Assembly: GCA_951406725.2 (NCBI GenBank)
Contig: OX597822.1
Span: 98,952,001-99,016,000 of the forward strand
Direction of reading: 5' to 3'
DNA from: Octopus vulgaris
Taxonomy: Eukaryota
DNA: 64,000 bases
Of this stretch, positions 22,483 through 35,647 are shown in pieces. A program made the position numbers and the translations under genes. The notes below the pieces were generated by a model that was given only the letters and a program-made list of their open reading frames with translations, made no database searches and was not told the DNA's origin. Every line of letters starts with the position of its first letter. Position 1 is the stretch's first letter.

Positions 22483-23352
22483 TCTTTGCATATTTCTAAT
22501 AGTTTTTTTTTGTAAACATAACTGTAATTATTTAAATTTTTGTTTTGTCTTCATTCATTTATCTGACCCCAGTGAATTTATCTTTGTCTTCCAGAGATAA
22601 ATTATGCAATTGCTTCTGTGCATGTGTGTGTTTGTGTGTGTATGTGATGGTGTATATGTGTGTGATCTACTGAAATAAGCTTCTATGTGTTTAGTCTGAG
22701 CATAATTTAGCAACATAATAGAGACATGAGATGTCTAGGTTGCGTGCAGATAATGTATGTTAGTGGAAGGTTAAGGAGAGGCAAAGTGTGGTATTATTGT
22801 GACAGGAAAGAGCATTGGTGAAAGCAAAAGAGACTGACAGAAAAAGTACCAGACATATACAAAAAAAAATCCCCAAAACACTGGGCTTGATTTGTTTCAG
22901 TTTCACTATAGACGCAGGAGTGGCTGTGTGGTAAGTAGCTTGCTTACCAACCACATGGTTCCGGGTTCAGTCCCACTGCATGGTACCTTGGGCAAGTAAG
23001 TGTCTTCTACTATAGCCTCGGGCCGACCAAAGCCTTCTGAGTGGTTTTGATTGACAGAAACTGAAAGAAGCCCATTGTATATATGTATATGCATGGCCGT
23101 AGTCAAATGACTGAAACAAGTAAAAGAGTAAAAGAGTAACCCTTTCAAGGAATTATACACACACATGCACACACGAGCATGATCGTTACCTGTGTCGCCT
23201 TACTGGCACTTGTGCTGGTGGCACATAAAAAAAACTGTTAAGTTCTATGTTTCTAGTTTGATAATAGAGTTTATTATAAGTAAAATTATTATATTATTTA
23301 TATCTTAAAAATATTGTTTAAATATTTCTGATTATATTTTAGATATTTCAAT

Positions 23353-23421
23353 CACCTGAAGATTGACTGTAACCATAACTCGAATTATTACGAATTGGAC
23401 AGCCATGAAACGATCGTAGTG
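23353..23421 (+). ncRNA. Minimal type I hammerhead ribozyme motif
   Basis: CAC CTGAAGA TTGACTGT..ACAGCCAT GAAA CGATCG TA GTG; palindromic loop III. Confidence 0.7.
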
Positions 23422-23561
23422 TTTTAATCATTATCTTTTATTAATCTTTTAATACTTTTGATATATATTTAAAATAATTTAAATTAATTAATTTTATGTA
23501 TTGGCTTAAGTTTTTCATTGTTTGATTTGCCTAATAGTGGTTTTATCTCTAATTTAATATA

Positions 23562-23598
<37 letters not shown>

Positions 23599-23893
23599 GG
23601 TTTGGCGATGATGTACAGGTATTTTATATTAGGAGAAATGAGGTACTCAGAAATTTGGATGGTTTTATATTTACAGATATTTATTTGTATATTACATGTT
23701 TTTATACATCATATAACATATATTATATATCATATATTAGCGCTTTCGCCCATTCTAGTGTGGTTTTCAAATTGAACTAAGTTCTTGTGGAAAAATTTGA
23801 CCATTTTATAGTGTTATTGAGTGTGTAGAGGTGGGGAGGGATATGATATAGTACAAGAGTGTGATGAATGGGGAGAAAGTGAGAGAGAGCATG

Positions 23894-23925
<32 letters not shown>

Positions 23926-24070
23926 TGTGTGTGTGTGTGTGCTTTTGTATCTGAAAAAGGTGTTAAAGAAAAAGAAGGAAAGGAAGAAAAGGAAGAGAAG
24001 GAAGAAGAAAAAATTGTTTTGCTGGTTTCTTTTGTAGTTGGTCAGGATGTTTACTCCAAGGAGGGTCTAT

Positions 24071-24101
<31 letters not shown>

Positions 24102-24336
24102 CTATATATATATATCATTTACTCGTTTCAGTTGTTGGACTGCGGCCATGCTGGGGCACTGCCTTGTAGAAATTTTAGTTGAATGAATCAATCCCAGTAC
24201 ACATTTTATTTTTAAGCTTGGTACTTACTCCTTTAGTCTCTTTAACAGAACTGCTAAGTTACAGGGACATAAACACACCAACATCAGTTGTCAAGCAGTA
24301 GTGGAGGATAAACACAGACATAAAAACACATACACA

Positions 24337-24379
<43 letters not shown>

Positions 24380-24747
24380 TGGGCTTCTTTCAGTTTCTGT
24401 CGACCAAATCTACTCACAAGGCTTTTGTCAGCTTGAGGCTACAATAGAAGACACTTGGCCAAGGTGCCACATAGTAAGAACTGAACCCGGAGCCATGTGG
24501 TTGGGAAGCAAGCTTCTTAACTCATAGCTATGCCTATAGAACCAATATATAAAGGCGGCAAGCTGGCAGAAACGTTAGCATGGCAGGTGAAATTCTTAGT
24601 TCAAATTCCGCTGAGGTCGACTTTGCCTTCCATCCTTTTGAGGTCAATAAATGGAGTACCAGTTGCATACTGGGGTTGATCTAATCGACTGTCCCCCTCC
24701 CCCAAAATTTCGGACCTTGTGCTTAGAGTAGAAAAGTATATAACCAA

Positions 24748-24850
<103 letters not shown>

Positions 24851-25103
24851 TTATCTATCTACCTATCTATTTATTGCCCCCTCCTCTTGTACATACCCTA
24901 TACACACACACACACACACATACATCCATGTCTTCCTTAATGATCAATCAATAAGAAGCTCCACCCACTTTTGCCCTGCAAACGAAGGGCATGGATGAAC
25001 TACATCTACATTCTTGCAATTAAGTAATTTGTATAATTGAAGTTATAATTAATTTCAAAGCAAAAGCTTTCTAATACGCTTAGATTTAATTCAATATGTT
25101 TGA

Positions 25104-25146
<43 letters not shown>

Positions 25147-25296
25147 TATATATACATACTTGCATACATATATACATATATATGGAGGGAGAGAGCGCAA
25201 GAGGGCAAGAGAATGCGTGTGAGTATATCTATATATATTTGTGCGTACATATATATATATGTATATATATATGTGTGTGTGTGTGTGTGTGCATGT

Positions 25297-25340
<44 letters not shown>

Positions 25341-25460
25341 TAACAATTAAGGAACGGCCATAATAGGCCATTCACCCACTAGAAATAACAGCCAAAGCTT
25401 CTACCGCAAATAAAGATTAATTCCGTAAACAGGAGAAAATTAAAAAAACATTTACCCTGT

Positions 25461-25569
25461 TATTTCTTGTACGGTATACCGTTTCATCTGCTGTTTAATG
25501 GTAAACTAACCTGATTAAATTAAATCAAGCCAATCTTCCATAAGCCCTCAGATTCTTCAGCAAGAAATA
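25461..25569 (-). ncRNA. Type I hammerhead ribozyme, copy 1
   Basis: Minus strand: UAUUUCUUG CUGAAGA AUCUG...CAGAU GAAA CGGUAUACCG UA CAAGAAAUA. Stem I is 9 bp, the core is intact and the cleavage triplet is GUA. Confidence 0.85.
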
Positions 25570-25945
25570 GCTCAAGTCGGAACAGATATTTACACGAGGC
25601 ATACCCAATCCTGCCAAGGCAATATCTGACCTAAAATTTTCAAATCGTCGCACTCGCGCCAAATTTATCGGCAGCAAATAAATCGTCGATTCCATTACGG
25701 AATTAACCAAAAAATTCATAATTAATCAATATAGGGTGGCAAGGAAAATTTTGTAGAATTTTTTTGCCACCAGCGGCCCAGTGGGAAAAAATTAAATAGT
25801 CATAGACCATTTTTAAGTTCAACATTAACAATTAAGGAACGGCCATAATAGGCCATTCACCCACTAGAAATAACAGCCAAAGCTTCTACCGCAAATAAAG
25901 ATTAATTCCGTAAACAGGAGAAAATTAAAAAAACATTTACCCTGT

Positions 25946-26054
25946 TATTTCTTGTACGGTATACCGTTTCATCTGCTGTTTAATGGTAAACTAACCTGAT
26001 TAAATTAAATCAAGCCAATCTTCCATAAGCCCTCAGATTCTTCAGCAAGAAATA
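25946..26054 (-). ncRNA. Type I hammerhead ribozyme, copy 2 (identical to copy 1)
   Basis: Same sequence, offset by 485 bp. Confidence 0.85.
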
Positions 26055-26171
26055 GCTCAAGTCGGAACAGATATTTACACGAGGCATACCCAATCCTGCC
26101 AAGGCAATATCTGACCTAAAATTTTCAAATCGTCGCACTCGCGCCAAATTTATCGGCAGCAAATATATTGA

Positions 26172-26207
<36 letters not shown>

Positions 26208-26378
26208 TGATATATATATATGTATATATATGTAAACATTATCCATTACACATAAACTACACATGTGCAACTGATAGTATTTACATTACTAGAGCTTTTT
26301 ATAATTTGTAATTTAATATATATATATATTTAGATACATATGTATATATATATATATGCATGTGTGTGTGTGTATACA

Positions 26379-26411
<33 letters not shown>

Positions 26412-27292
26412 GTATATGTATACATACATACACAACTTTGAAGACATCATCTGCAACAGTTAATCAGTTATGCATCAATGCATTTCTGAGCATTTGTTAA
26501 TTGAGACAGAATGGTGCTTTAGAAACAGAACACCACTTCTATAATAACAGAAGTTTGCCAACATTGGATTTCTTTTTGCAAAATTGTGCTTTGTTAATTA
26601 GTTCAGTCAACCAAAATAGCAAAGGAATCAATAATATGAAATGGTCCACTCTATGTAGAACTGAGTTTACCAAAAGCTTTCTGTTATTCATAGACTATTT
26701 TCCTCAACTCTCTTTCTTTGTGAAAATTCCAGTGTCTTCCAAATCCTCAAATTCCCATGACCATTTTGGCTTATGTCCAATTTTTAACTGTATTCTCACA
26801 TACATACATAGATACATACATACATACATACATACATACATACATACATACATACATACATACATACATACATGCATACATGTATAGATATATGTAAATA
26901 TTATATATGCATGTGTATATATATATATGTATATCGTTCATCGTTTAAGCAAATTTTTGCTGAACCCTAATTATAATTATACTCATAATTATGAAATATT
27001 GTTTAAGTTTACCTAAAATGGTCCTTTTAACATGCCGAATACTACTTGGTGGAATTATTAATTACTAGTTAATTAATTAATTTTACCTTTTATCATTATT
27101 GATTATATATATATATATATGTACAAAATTTAAAGGACTGACCACTAAAAGTGGACGGTCAATATGCTAGATATAGACGTCAAAATCGCTATTTTCCACG
27201 AAGAATGTGTTCTCAAGAAAAAACTCAGCAAAAAAACCAAAGTGTAAAAATAAGCAAGACAAATGAAAATATACGAAATAAAAAACGATTAC

Positions 27293-27367
27293 CTATGTAC
27301 TAATTAGTTTCATGTGTTAATATTCACGTATATGTACACGCGAACATCTGCAAGATCATCAGCATAG
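27293..27367 (-). ncRNA. Minimal type I hammerhead ribozyme motif in the loop of a 150-bp inverted repeat
   Basis: Minus strand: CTATG CTGATGA ... GAAA CTAATTAG TA CATAG. Confidence 0.7.
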
Positions 27368-27611
27368 TCTGTCGTATATTTTCATTTGTCTTGCTTATTT
27401 TTACACTTTGGTTTTTTGCTGAGTTTTTTCTTGAGAACACATTCTTCATGGAAAATAGCGATTTTGACGTCTATATCTAGCATATTGACTGTCCACTTTT
27501 AGTGGTCAGTCCTTTAAATTTTATATGTAAAAAATATTTTCAATCTTCGGATTTTTTAAAATATGCTAGGCCACTGGTTTTAATTGATTAATATCAATTT
27601 CTACCCTTATT

Positions 27612-27648
<37 letters not shown>

Positions 27649-27677
27649 TATATATATATACATACATACATACGTGT

Positions 27678-27725
<48 letters not shown>

Positions 27726-28210
27726 CAACGTAAGCAGTGGTTTAGCAATGTGTTACCAAAATGGAAAACTATAATTGTCATTAAATATGACCGAGGGTGT
27801 TAGAACTCCTACAATATTACAAATTATAAGCTAAAGTGCTCTAATGCTGCAGTCAATGTTCATAATTGTATACATCCATACCGACAGCAACTGTAAATGT
27901 CTGCAAGCAGCACTCAAGATATTCCTATACTGTCGAAAACAGTTTCGGCTTTCACACTGGAACATCTTAAGTAGGGTCAGTCAACTGACCAGATTCCGGA
28001 CAAGATTGCCCACAGTATATATGTTTACACCATAGAAAACTATGGATGATTTAGTGAATTGCTAATGTGTATACAAATAATGAAGGTGGGCAGTAGTTTA
28101 GTAATGTGTCGCCAAAAAGGAAGACTATAACTGACATTGAATATGATTGAGGGTGTTAGAACACCTACAATGCTGGAAATAAGAGCTATATATGTGTATG
28201 TGTGTGTGTA

Positions 28211-28276
<66 letters not shown>

Positions 28277-28491
28277 TATATATATATGCACATATATGTA
28301 TATATACACATATACGTGTATATATATATGCATATATATGTATATATATGCATATATGTATGTATGTATATATATATATATATATATAAAATAAAGAGAT
28401 ATTCTATTGACATTCAATAATTTATCTATATTACAATATTACATTTAATACTATGAATATAATATATAACATAAAACATAATATATATATA

Positions 28492-28591
<100 letters not shown>

Positions 28592-28779
28592 CATACATAT
28601 ATATATATATACTGGATGTGTGTGTGTGTGTGTGTTATATATGTTATATATATATATATATGTGTTATATATATATATAACATATATAACACACACACAC
28701 ATATATATATATGTATATATATATATAGCCAGATTGATTACACTATCACCAGACAGTGGGATGCATGGTTGTTCTTATA

Positions 28780-29870
28780 TACAAAGACCCTCCCTAGTGA
28801 AGAATGTACGTCCCAGCATAGACTAGTCATTAGTGATTTAGACTCTAAGCCAGAAGGTTACTAAGAAGCAGACTAATCTGAAAAAGAAGGATTTATAAGT
28901 TCAAAGACCCTTCATATGGTCAGAGATTTATGGACATTCTAATTGAGACATTTGATGAGAGGGAGGAGCTACAGATATATGACATAGAGGGTAACTGGGA
29001 ATTCTTGCAGGACAGCTTGCTGAGTGCTACAGACCAAATCTGCAGCTGGTGCCAAGTCCCATCCAGATCTTGGGTAACATGGTGGTTGAATGATGTGATA
29101 GACAGGACCGTTAGAACAAAGAAACAGGGCTGGAAGGCCTGGAAGAATTGGGGTAGGTGGAAACTGTATCAGATAGCCAGAAGGGAAGCTAGGAGGCTGG
29201 TAGAAGGGAGAAGCAGAAAAGAAGTTTGCCTATGTTCAGTGATGTGAGGACCAAAAAACTGAAGTGTTTTGGATTGCTAGACGGTATGTGAGAGAAAATC
29301 GTGATGTCATAGGAGAGAAATGTGTTTGCATGGATGATGGTGTCCTTGCGTTTAATGATTCTGCAAAGAAAGAGGCTTGGAGATGCTATTGTGAAAGAGT
29401 ACTGAATGTGGAGAATGAATGGGAGGAGGAGACTCAGCCAAATGTTGATCCAGTTAAGGGACCAACTACCTGAATTGACAGTTCCTTGGTAGATAAAGCA
29501 ATTAAGGATATGAAGGCAGAGAAATCCCCTGGCCCCTCAGGAACCACTGCTGAGAAGCTTAAAATATCTGGCAGTGTGAGATATGGTCTAGTTACCCATA
29601 TTGTAAATCAGGTGGTTCACGAGGGAGTCATACCTGATGACTGGTGTAGCAGCACAATAGTCAACTGCTACAAAGGTAAAGTTGATGCTTTAGAAATAAT
29701 TACAGAGGTATCAAATTGGTGATGAAAGTTACAGAGAGGGTCATAGCCCAACTAATAAGGGAGAGAGTTAGTCTAGATGAGATGCAGTTTGGTTTTGTAC
29801 CAGGGAGAAGCACTACTGATGCTATATTTCTGGTAAGGCAGCTGCAGGAGAAATACATAGTCAAAGATAT
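28780..29870 (+). mobile_element. RTE-clade LINE fragment (endonuclease end to RT start), decayed
   Basis: [54 protein letters not shown]. Confidence 0.85.
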
Positions 29871-29899
29871 ATCCCTGCCTTCTGTATGGCCAACAAGTG

Positions 29900-30960
29900 G
29901 AGAGAAACCACGGCAAAGGAAGACCTGTCCTTAGGTATAAGGATAAGTTGGAGCAATCACTAAAATCTCTACAGGTTAACTTGATATCTTGGGAAAGCCA
30001 TTGCTTAGATTGATCTACGTGGTATAAAATGTGTCATGATGCATCCAAATGATTTGAGTTGAAGAAGAACAACAATAGAAGAACTATATCCTACAACCTT
30101 TGCCATGGTTTTCTTCCACTTGTTGGCCATACAGAAGAATTTTTGGAATGCAGTCATTTTTCATTCGAATAACATGTCCTACTCATCTGCACTGAATTCT
30201 CATCAGCATTCTTTGGATACTGAGATGTCACAATTTTCAAAGATTTTGACATTAGATATCTCATCTTGCTATTTTATGCTGCATATGTTGAGCAAACAGA
30301 ACATGTGAAAGGTTTCAAGTTTCTTTATATGTCTCAAGTAGGTAGTCCATGTTTCTGCCCCATAGAAGAGTGTGCTCAAAAAACAAGATTTGTATACAAT
30401 TATTTTAGTTTTCAGACTGACATTGTGTTTATCCCACTGCCGGTGGCACGTAAAAAGCACCATCCATTCGTGGTCGTTGCCAGCAGCGCCCCGACTGGCC
30501 TCCATGCCGGTGGCATATAAAAGCACCATCGGTTCATGTCCGTTGCCAGCCTCACCTGGCCCCCGTGCCAGTGGCACATAAAAGCACCATCCGTTCGTGG
30601 CCGTTTGCCAGCTCCATCTGGCACCTGTGCGGGTGGCACGTAAAAAGCACCCACTACACTCGCGGAGTGGTTGGCGTTAGGAAGGGCATCCAGTCGTAGA
30701 AACACTGCCAGATCAGACTGGGCCTGATGCAGCCTTCTGGCTTCACAGACCCCAGTTGAACCGTCCTACCCATGCTAGCATGGAAAACGGACGCTAAATG
30801 GTGATGATGATGATGATGAGAAAGTTTTCCAAAAGCCTTTGTAGCCTTAGATATTCTAACATTCATTTTGTCATCAAGAGTACTCTTCAAGTTTACTGTA
30901 CTTCCAAGATATTTAAATGGCCTGACCCATTTGAGTGGCTTGTTGTCTATCATCACTTTT
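29900..30960 (-). mobile_element. RTE/BovB-like LINE 3' coding fragment, interrupted by an RTE tail at 30437-30818
   Basis: FKYLGSTVN..RISKATKAFGKL and YKSCFLSTLFYGAETWT..KKLETFH. Confidence 0.75.
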
Positions 30961-31471
30961 GAGTCTTGAGTATGTCCTGCCCCAGGCCTTGGTTAGAATA
31001 AAACAGACACATTTGCCCAATCCCAGGGGAAATCGAAATCCTCAATGTCCCCACTGTGACTTCATACTAAAATCTGTTCCTAGACTCAAATTACATCATG
31101 CAGCCATCGTGAATAGATACAGCTTCTTAGTGTTTTCTCTTTTCTTTCTATTCTTGGTGTTTTTTCCTTTCTTTCTATTCTCTTTAAATTTAAGTCCCCT
31201 CCTTCAAACACTCATATGTCAAAAGCAACAGGAGCGACCATCACACACACAGACACACAGACACACACACACTCACACGTACATGCACATGCACACACAC
31301 ACATGCACGCACACGTACATGCACACACACACACACACACATGCACTCACCCCATCCACACATATTTAGTCGAATATGCAATGCCATTCAGATCAATAAA
31401 TAAATCTTACATAATCTACCCACTGGCGTTATTTTATTTATAAGCACTATTGTAAAGAAAAATTCAAGTTT

Positions 31472-31526
<55 letters not shown>

Positions 31527-31631
31527 CAATGACGTTAAAGTGCATTTGGTTATCTCTAACTAACAGGCAATATAATTGTTGATTGGCTGGCTGGTTAGCC
31601 AGGTTGATATCATTAGGCATTCTTTATACTG

Positions 31632-31679
<48 letters not shown>

Positions 31680-32130
31680 GTAAAAGAGAGATACAGGGAC
31701 TCAACATGAGGTTCATGCAGTGGATAAAAGAATGCTCTCTTTTTCTTTCTATCTCTCTCTCTCTCCACACACATACACACACACATGCACGCGCACACAC
31801 ACACACACACACACACACAGTGTGAGGGAAAGAACAACCGAGACAGAAAATGACAGGGAATAAATGACAAAGTACTTATGGGGAGAAGTTATACAAATGA
31901 GAAATTTATTTATTTGATTTTATTTTTAGGAAATAAATATTTTTCTTTTTGAAAATTAGTATTCATTTCATCATTTTGTATAAGCGGCAAGATATTTGAT
32001 AAAAGTTGATAAAAATTGTAATTACTTGATGTATATTATCATCCAGTGCACCTGAGCACTGTATACAATAATTTCATTATTATATATATTAATCATCATC
32101 ATCGTTTAATGTCCATCTTCCATGCATGCA

Positions 32131-32418
32131 AGTACAGAGGTTTATCTTTGGCTAGATATTTCTCCTGCAGTTGCCTTACCAGAAATATAGCATCAGTGGT
32201 GCTTCTGCCTGGCACAAAATCAAACTGCATCTCATATAGGCAAACTCTCTCCCTAAATAGTTGGGTTATGACCCTCTCTGCAACTTTCATCACCTGATCC
32301 AATAATCTGACACCCTTGTAGTTATTTCTATCTAAAACATCACCTTTCCCTTTGTAGCAGTTGACTACAGTGCTGCTACACCAGTCATTGGGTATGACTC
32401 CTTCATGAACTACCTGAT
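32131..32418 (-). mobile_element. RTE-clade LINE RT fragment
   Basis: QFDFVPGRSTTDAIFLVRQLQEKY; homologous to 29620-29870. Confidence 0.85.
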
Positions 32419-32687
32419 ATATATATATACATACATAGGAAAGGCATCGAGCTGTAGGAACTCTGCCAGATCAGATTGGAGCCTGGTTCTGCATTCATTT
32501 AAAGACTCTCCTTTGTTACTGACACCATCAGAAATGTTGTCAGGGTATTTACTCAAGATATGATTTAAAGTTTTGCATGTCTAAAATTTCATTTTATTGA
32601 TTTTTAAAAAAAAGAAGTAATCTTTGTGTGTTTAAGAAGTTTGTTTCACAACCACATTGTTTTGAGATCCACTTCAGAGTACTTTAA

Positions 32688-32908
32688 CCCTTTCGTTACT
32701 GTATTTATTTTGAGATGCTCTGTGTTTCTTTCAATTACTTTAAATATAACAAAGAATTTAGCAAAATAATTTAGTTATCATTCAGCTAGTGTTAGGATCA
32801 TAAATTGTGACTAAGGTTTGATAGAAGATTTTAATTAAAACCTTATGAAAACAAGGCATTTGTACAACAGTGCCAGAGCCGATTTCATCGGGCTTGGTAA
32901 CGAAAGGG
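32688..32908. mobile_element. piggyBac-type MITE (TTAA TSD)
   Basis: TTAA|CCCTTTCGTTAC ... GTAACGAAAGGG|TTAA; inserted in a family B SINE. Confidence 0.85.
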
Positions 32909-34421
32909 TTAAGCAAGTGTTTTCTTTTATTTCCTGAGTTGACCAATGCCTTGTCAGGAATTCATTGATAGAAACTGAATGGAAGCCCGTCATATGTGTG
33001 TGTGTTTGTGTGTGTATGTGTGTGTGTGCCTGTATGTATATGTACGTGCCTTTGTGTGTGTGCCTCCATCACTTGAAAACTGGTGTCGGTTTGTTTACCT
33101 CCCTTTAACTTAACAGATTGACAAAAGAGCCAGATCGAATAAGGATCAAACTATAAAAAAAAAAGTGCTGGGGTTAATTTGGTCAACTAAATCATTGAAG
33201 GTGATGCTCCAGCATGGCTACAGTCTAATGACTGAAACAGGAAAAAAAATAATAAAAGAAGGAAAATAAATTCGTTTGGAAATGAAGCACAAATAAATAT
33301 AGAAGAAGAAAGAAATTTGACGATGAATAAATATTAAGATTACATTATAAAAATAAGTTGAGGTTTATGTGACAAGGCTTACAGGCAAGTCTGATATTTG
33401 TTGCTCTTGTCAATATAATCTGTTTCACCTCTGTCAAATAACATAATCATTTAAGCAAGTATTTTCTGGCTGTATTTGAAATTTGGAAACACTTGTAATT
33501 CTCTATGCTTAAAGAAAGGATAATTGTTTTGTGCAAATTTCAGCTTTGTAACTAAAAACAAAACTGCCTGTGATAAGGTCAACTGTAATTGGGAAGAAAT
33601 AAAGAGAAAAATAACAAAAACTAAAAATAAGCCAAGGAAATAAATCAATCCTTTATTTATTTATTTTTTTCCTTGTTTTAGAAACTAATGAATTTTCTGG
33701 CCCAATTCTCCAGACAATAAGAATTTCGTTCACATCAAAAATATCAAGAAAAATACTGTGTTGCTTAAATAAAGTTTTTACAGCTGTGAAATAAACATCA
33801 TGTAAATAGAAAGATTTCAAATATCCAACAGTGCATTGTAAGTGATAGCTATTATGACAGATGTCACATCAATTAGATTTTACTTACATACGCAGCACGC
33901 ACAAGTGCTGGTGCATACACACACACATGACACAGGCATACACACATGCATGCACACATAAGAGCCAGATTGAATAAGGCTCAAACTATATAAAAAAAAA
34001 GTGCTGGGGGTCAATTTGATCAGCTAAATCATTGAAGGTGGTGCTCCAGCATGGCTGCAGTCCAAAGACTGAAACAGGAAAAAGAATAAAAGAAGGAAAA
34101 TAATTTTGTTTGGAAATGAAGCACAAATAAATACAGAAGAGAAAAGAAATTTGACAATGAATAAATATTAAGATTGGCTTTACATTCTGAGTTCAAATTC
34201 TGTCGAAGTCGATTTTACCATTCATCCTTTTAGCGGGGGGGGGGGTCGATAAAATAAGTACCAGTTGAGTACTGGGACTTACCCACTTGCTTCACTTACT
34301 GCATGTACTTTATATGCACTTTCTGACAAGTTGTGGTGCACCTGAGCACTGTATACAATAATTTCATTATTATTATATTATTATTATATTTGCCTTCATG
34401 GGAATAACTTTCCATTTAGCT

Positions 34422-34882
34422 CAGTGGTTCTCAACTGGGGTCTATATGACCCTGGTGTAGGGTACATAAGATTTTGTTGCTGTGCAATAAGGTGAGCTGG
34501 CAGAATTGTTAGCATGCTGGGCAAAATGCTAAGCAGCATTTCGTCTGGCTTTACATTCTGAGTTCAAATTCTGTCGAAGTCGATTTTACCATTCATCCTT
34601 TTTGGGGGGTCGATAAAATAAGTACCAGTTGAGTACTGGGACTTACCCACTTACCCCAATTTTGCTGGTCTTGTGCCAAAATCTGAAACCAAAATTTATG
34701 TGCAATAAATTTGCTATACTCTTACAAAATATTTTAACAATTTTTTTATATAATTCCTATTAATATTTAATTATATAAATATAAGATTTTTAAAACAGTG
34801 ATTGGCCGTGAAGGTCCAGAAGAGTTAAGTAGGCAACAAAAGGGGGATCTATAGGTAAAAAAAAAATCGTTGAGAACCACTG
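34422..34882. mobile_element. hAT/Charlie-type MITE containing a nested family A SINE
   Basis: 14-bp TIR CAGTGGTTCTCAAC / GTTGAGAACCACTG; the 8-bp TSD is only partly recognisable. Confidence 0.7.
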
Positions 34883-35569
34883 AATTTGATCATCATCATC
34901 AACATCATTTTAATGCACTCTTTTCCATGCAACTATGAATCAGATGGAATTCTTCAAAGTAGATTTTCTACAGATGGATGCCCTCCCTCTTGCTAACCCT
35001 TACAGCGAACAAGGATTGGTGACAGGAAGGAAAACATGACTGGAGTAGTTTTATGAGTTTTTATGAAGGTGTTTTCTTTCTCATACTTTCATATAAGATA
35101 CTTGCAGTTTGTTTTTAATAATAAAGTTCCTAAATGACCATTTAAGAAGATTCCACCAACATCCTACTATTGTCATACCACTCCCACATTCTTCTTCTTC
35201 TTCTTCTTCTTCTTCTTCTTCTTCTTCTTCTTTTTTGCTGCCACTGCCACCACCACCTCCTTTCTCAACTACTACTGCTGCTTAAACAAATAAAAACAAG
35301 AATTCATACCAAACTACTACTGCCTGCTGCCCACTACCTGGAACTCACACGAGTAAAAAAGACAGACTGAGACAGAGAAAAAAAAGGAAAATGTCCCTTG
35401 CATTTGAAACTATGGAAATATTTAAAAAAAACATTTAATTTAATTTTCCACTATTTAATTGTTTTTCATGCTTTACTCTAAGTTGAAAAAGTCGCAAAGA
35501 CTGAAACCAATACTAAAATGTTCTTCATGATAAAATTATTTTAGCATTTTCTACCTTGTCTTATTTTCC

Positions 35570-35647
<78 letters not shown>

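Larger units (their letters stand above)
25339..26165 (-). repeat. Direct repeat of 342 bp (period 485 bp) carrying the hammerheads; retrozyme or Penelope pLTR-like
   Basis: 25339-25680 and 25824-26165 appear identical by eye; flanked by (TA)n on both sides. Confidence 0.85.

Noticed and set aside
23730-23775. Minus-strand GAAAGCGCTA hammerhead-like half
   Set aside because: The CUGANGA box is too degenerate to call.
30437-30660. Repeat-spacer pattern resembling a CRISPR array
   Set aside because: Eukaryotic retroelement UTR; the spacers are related to each other and there are no cas genes.
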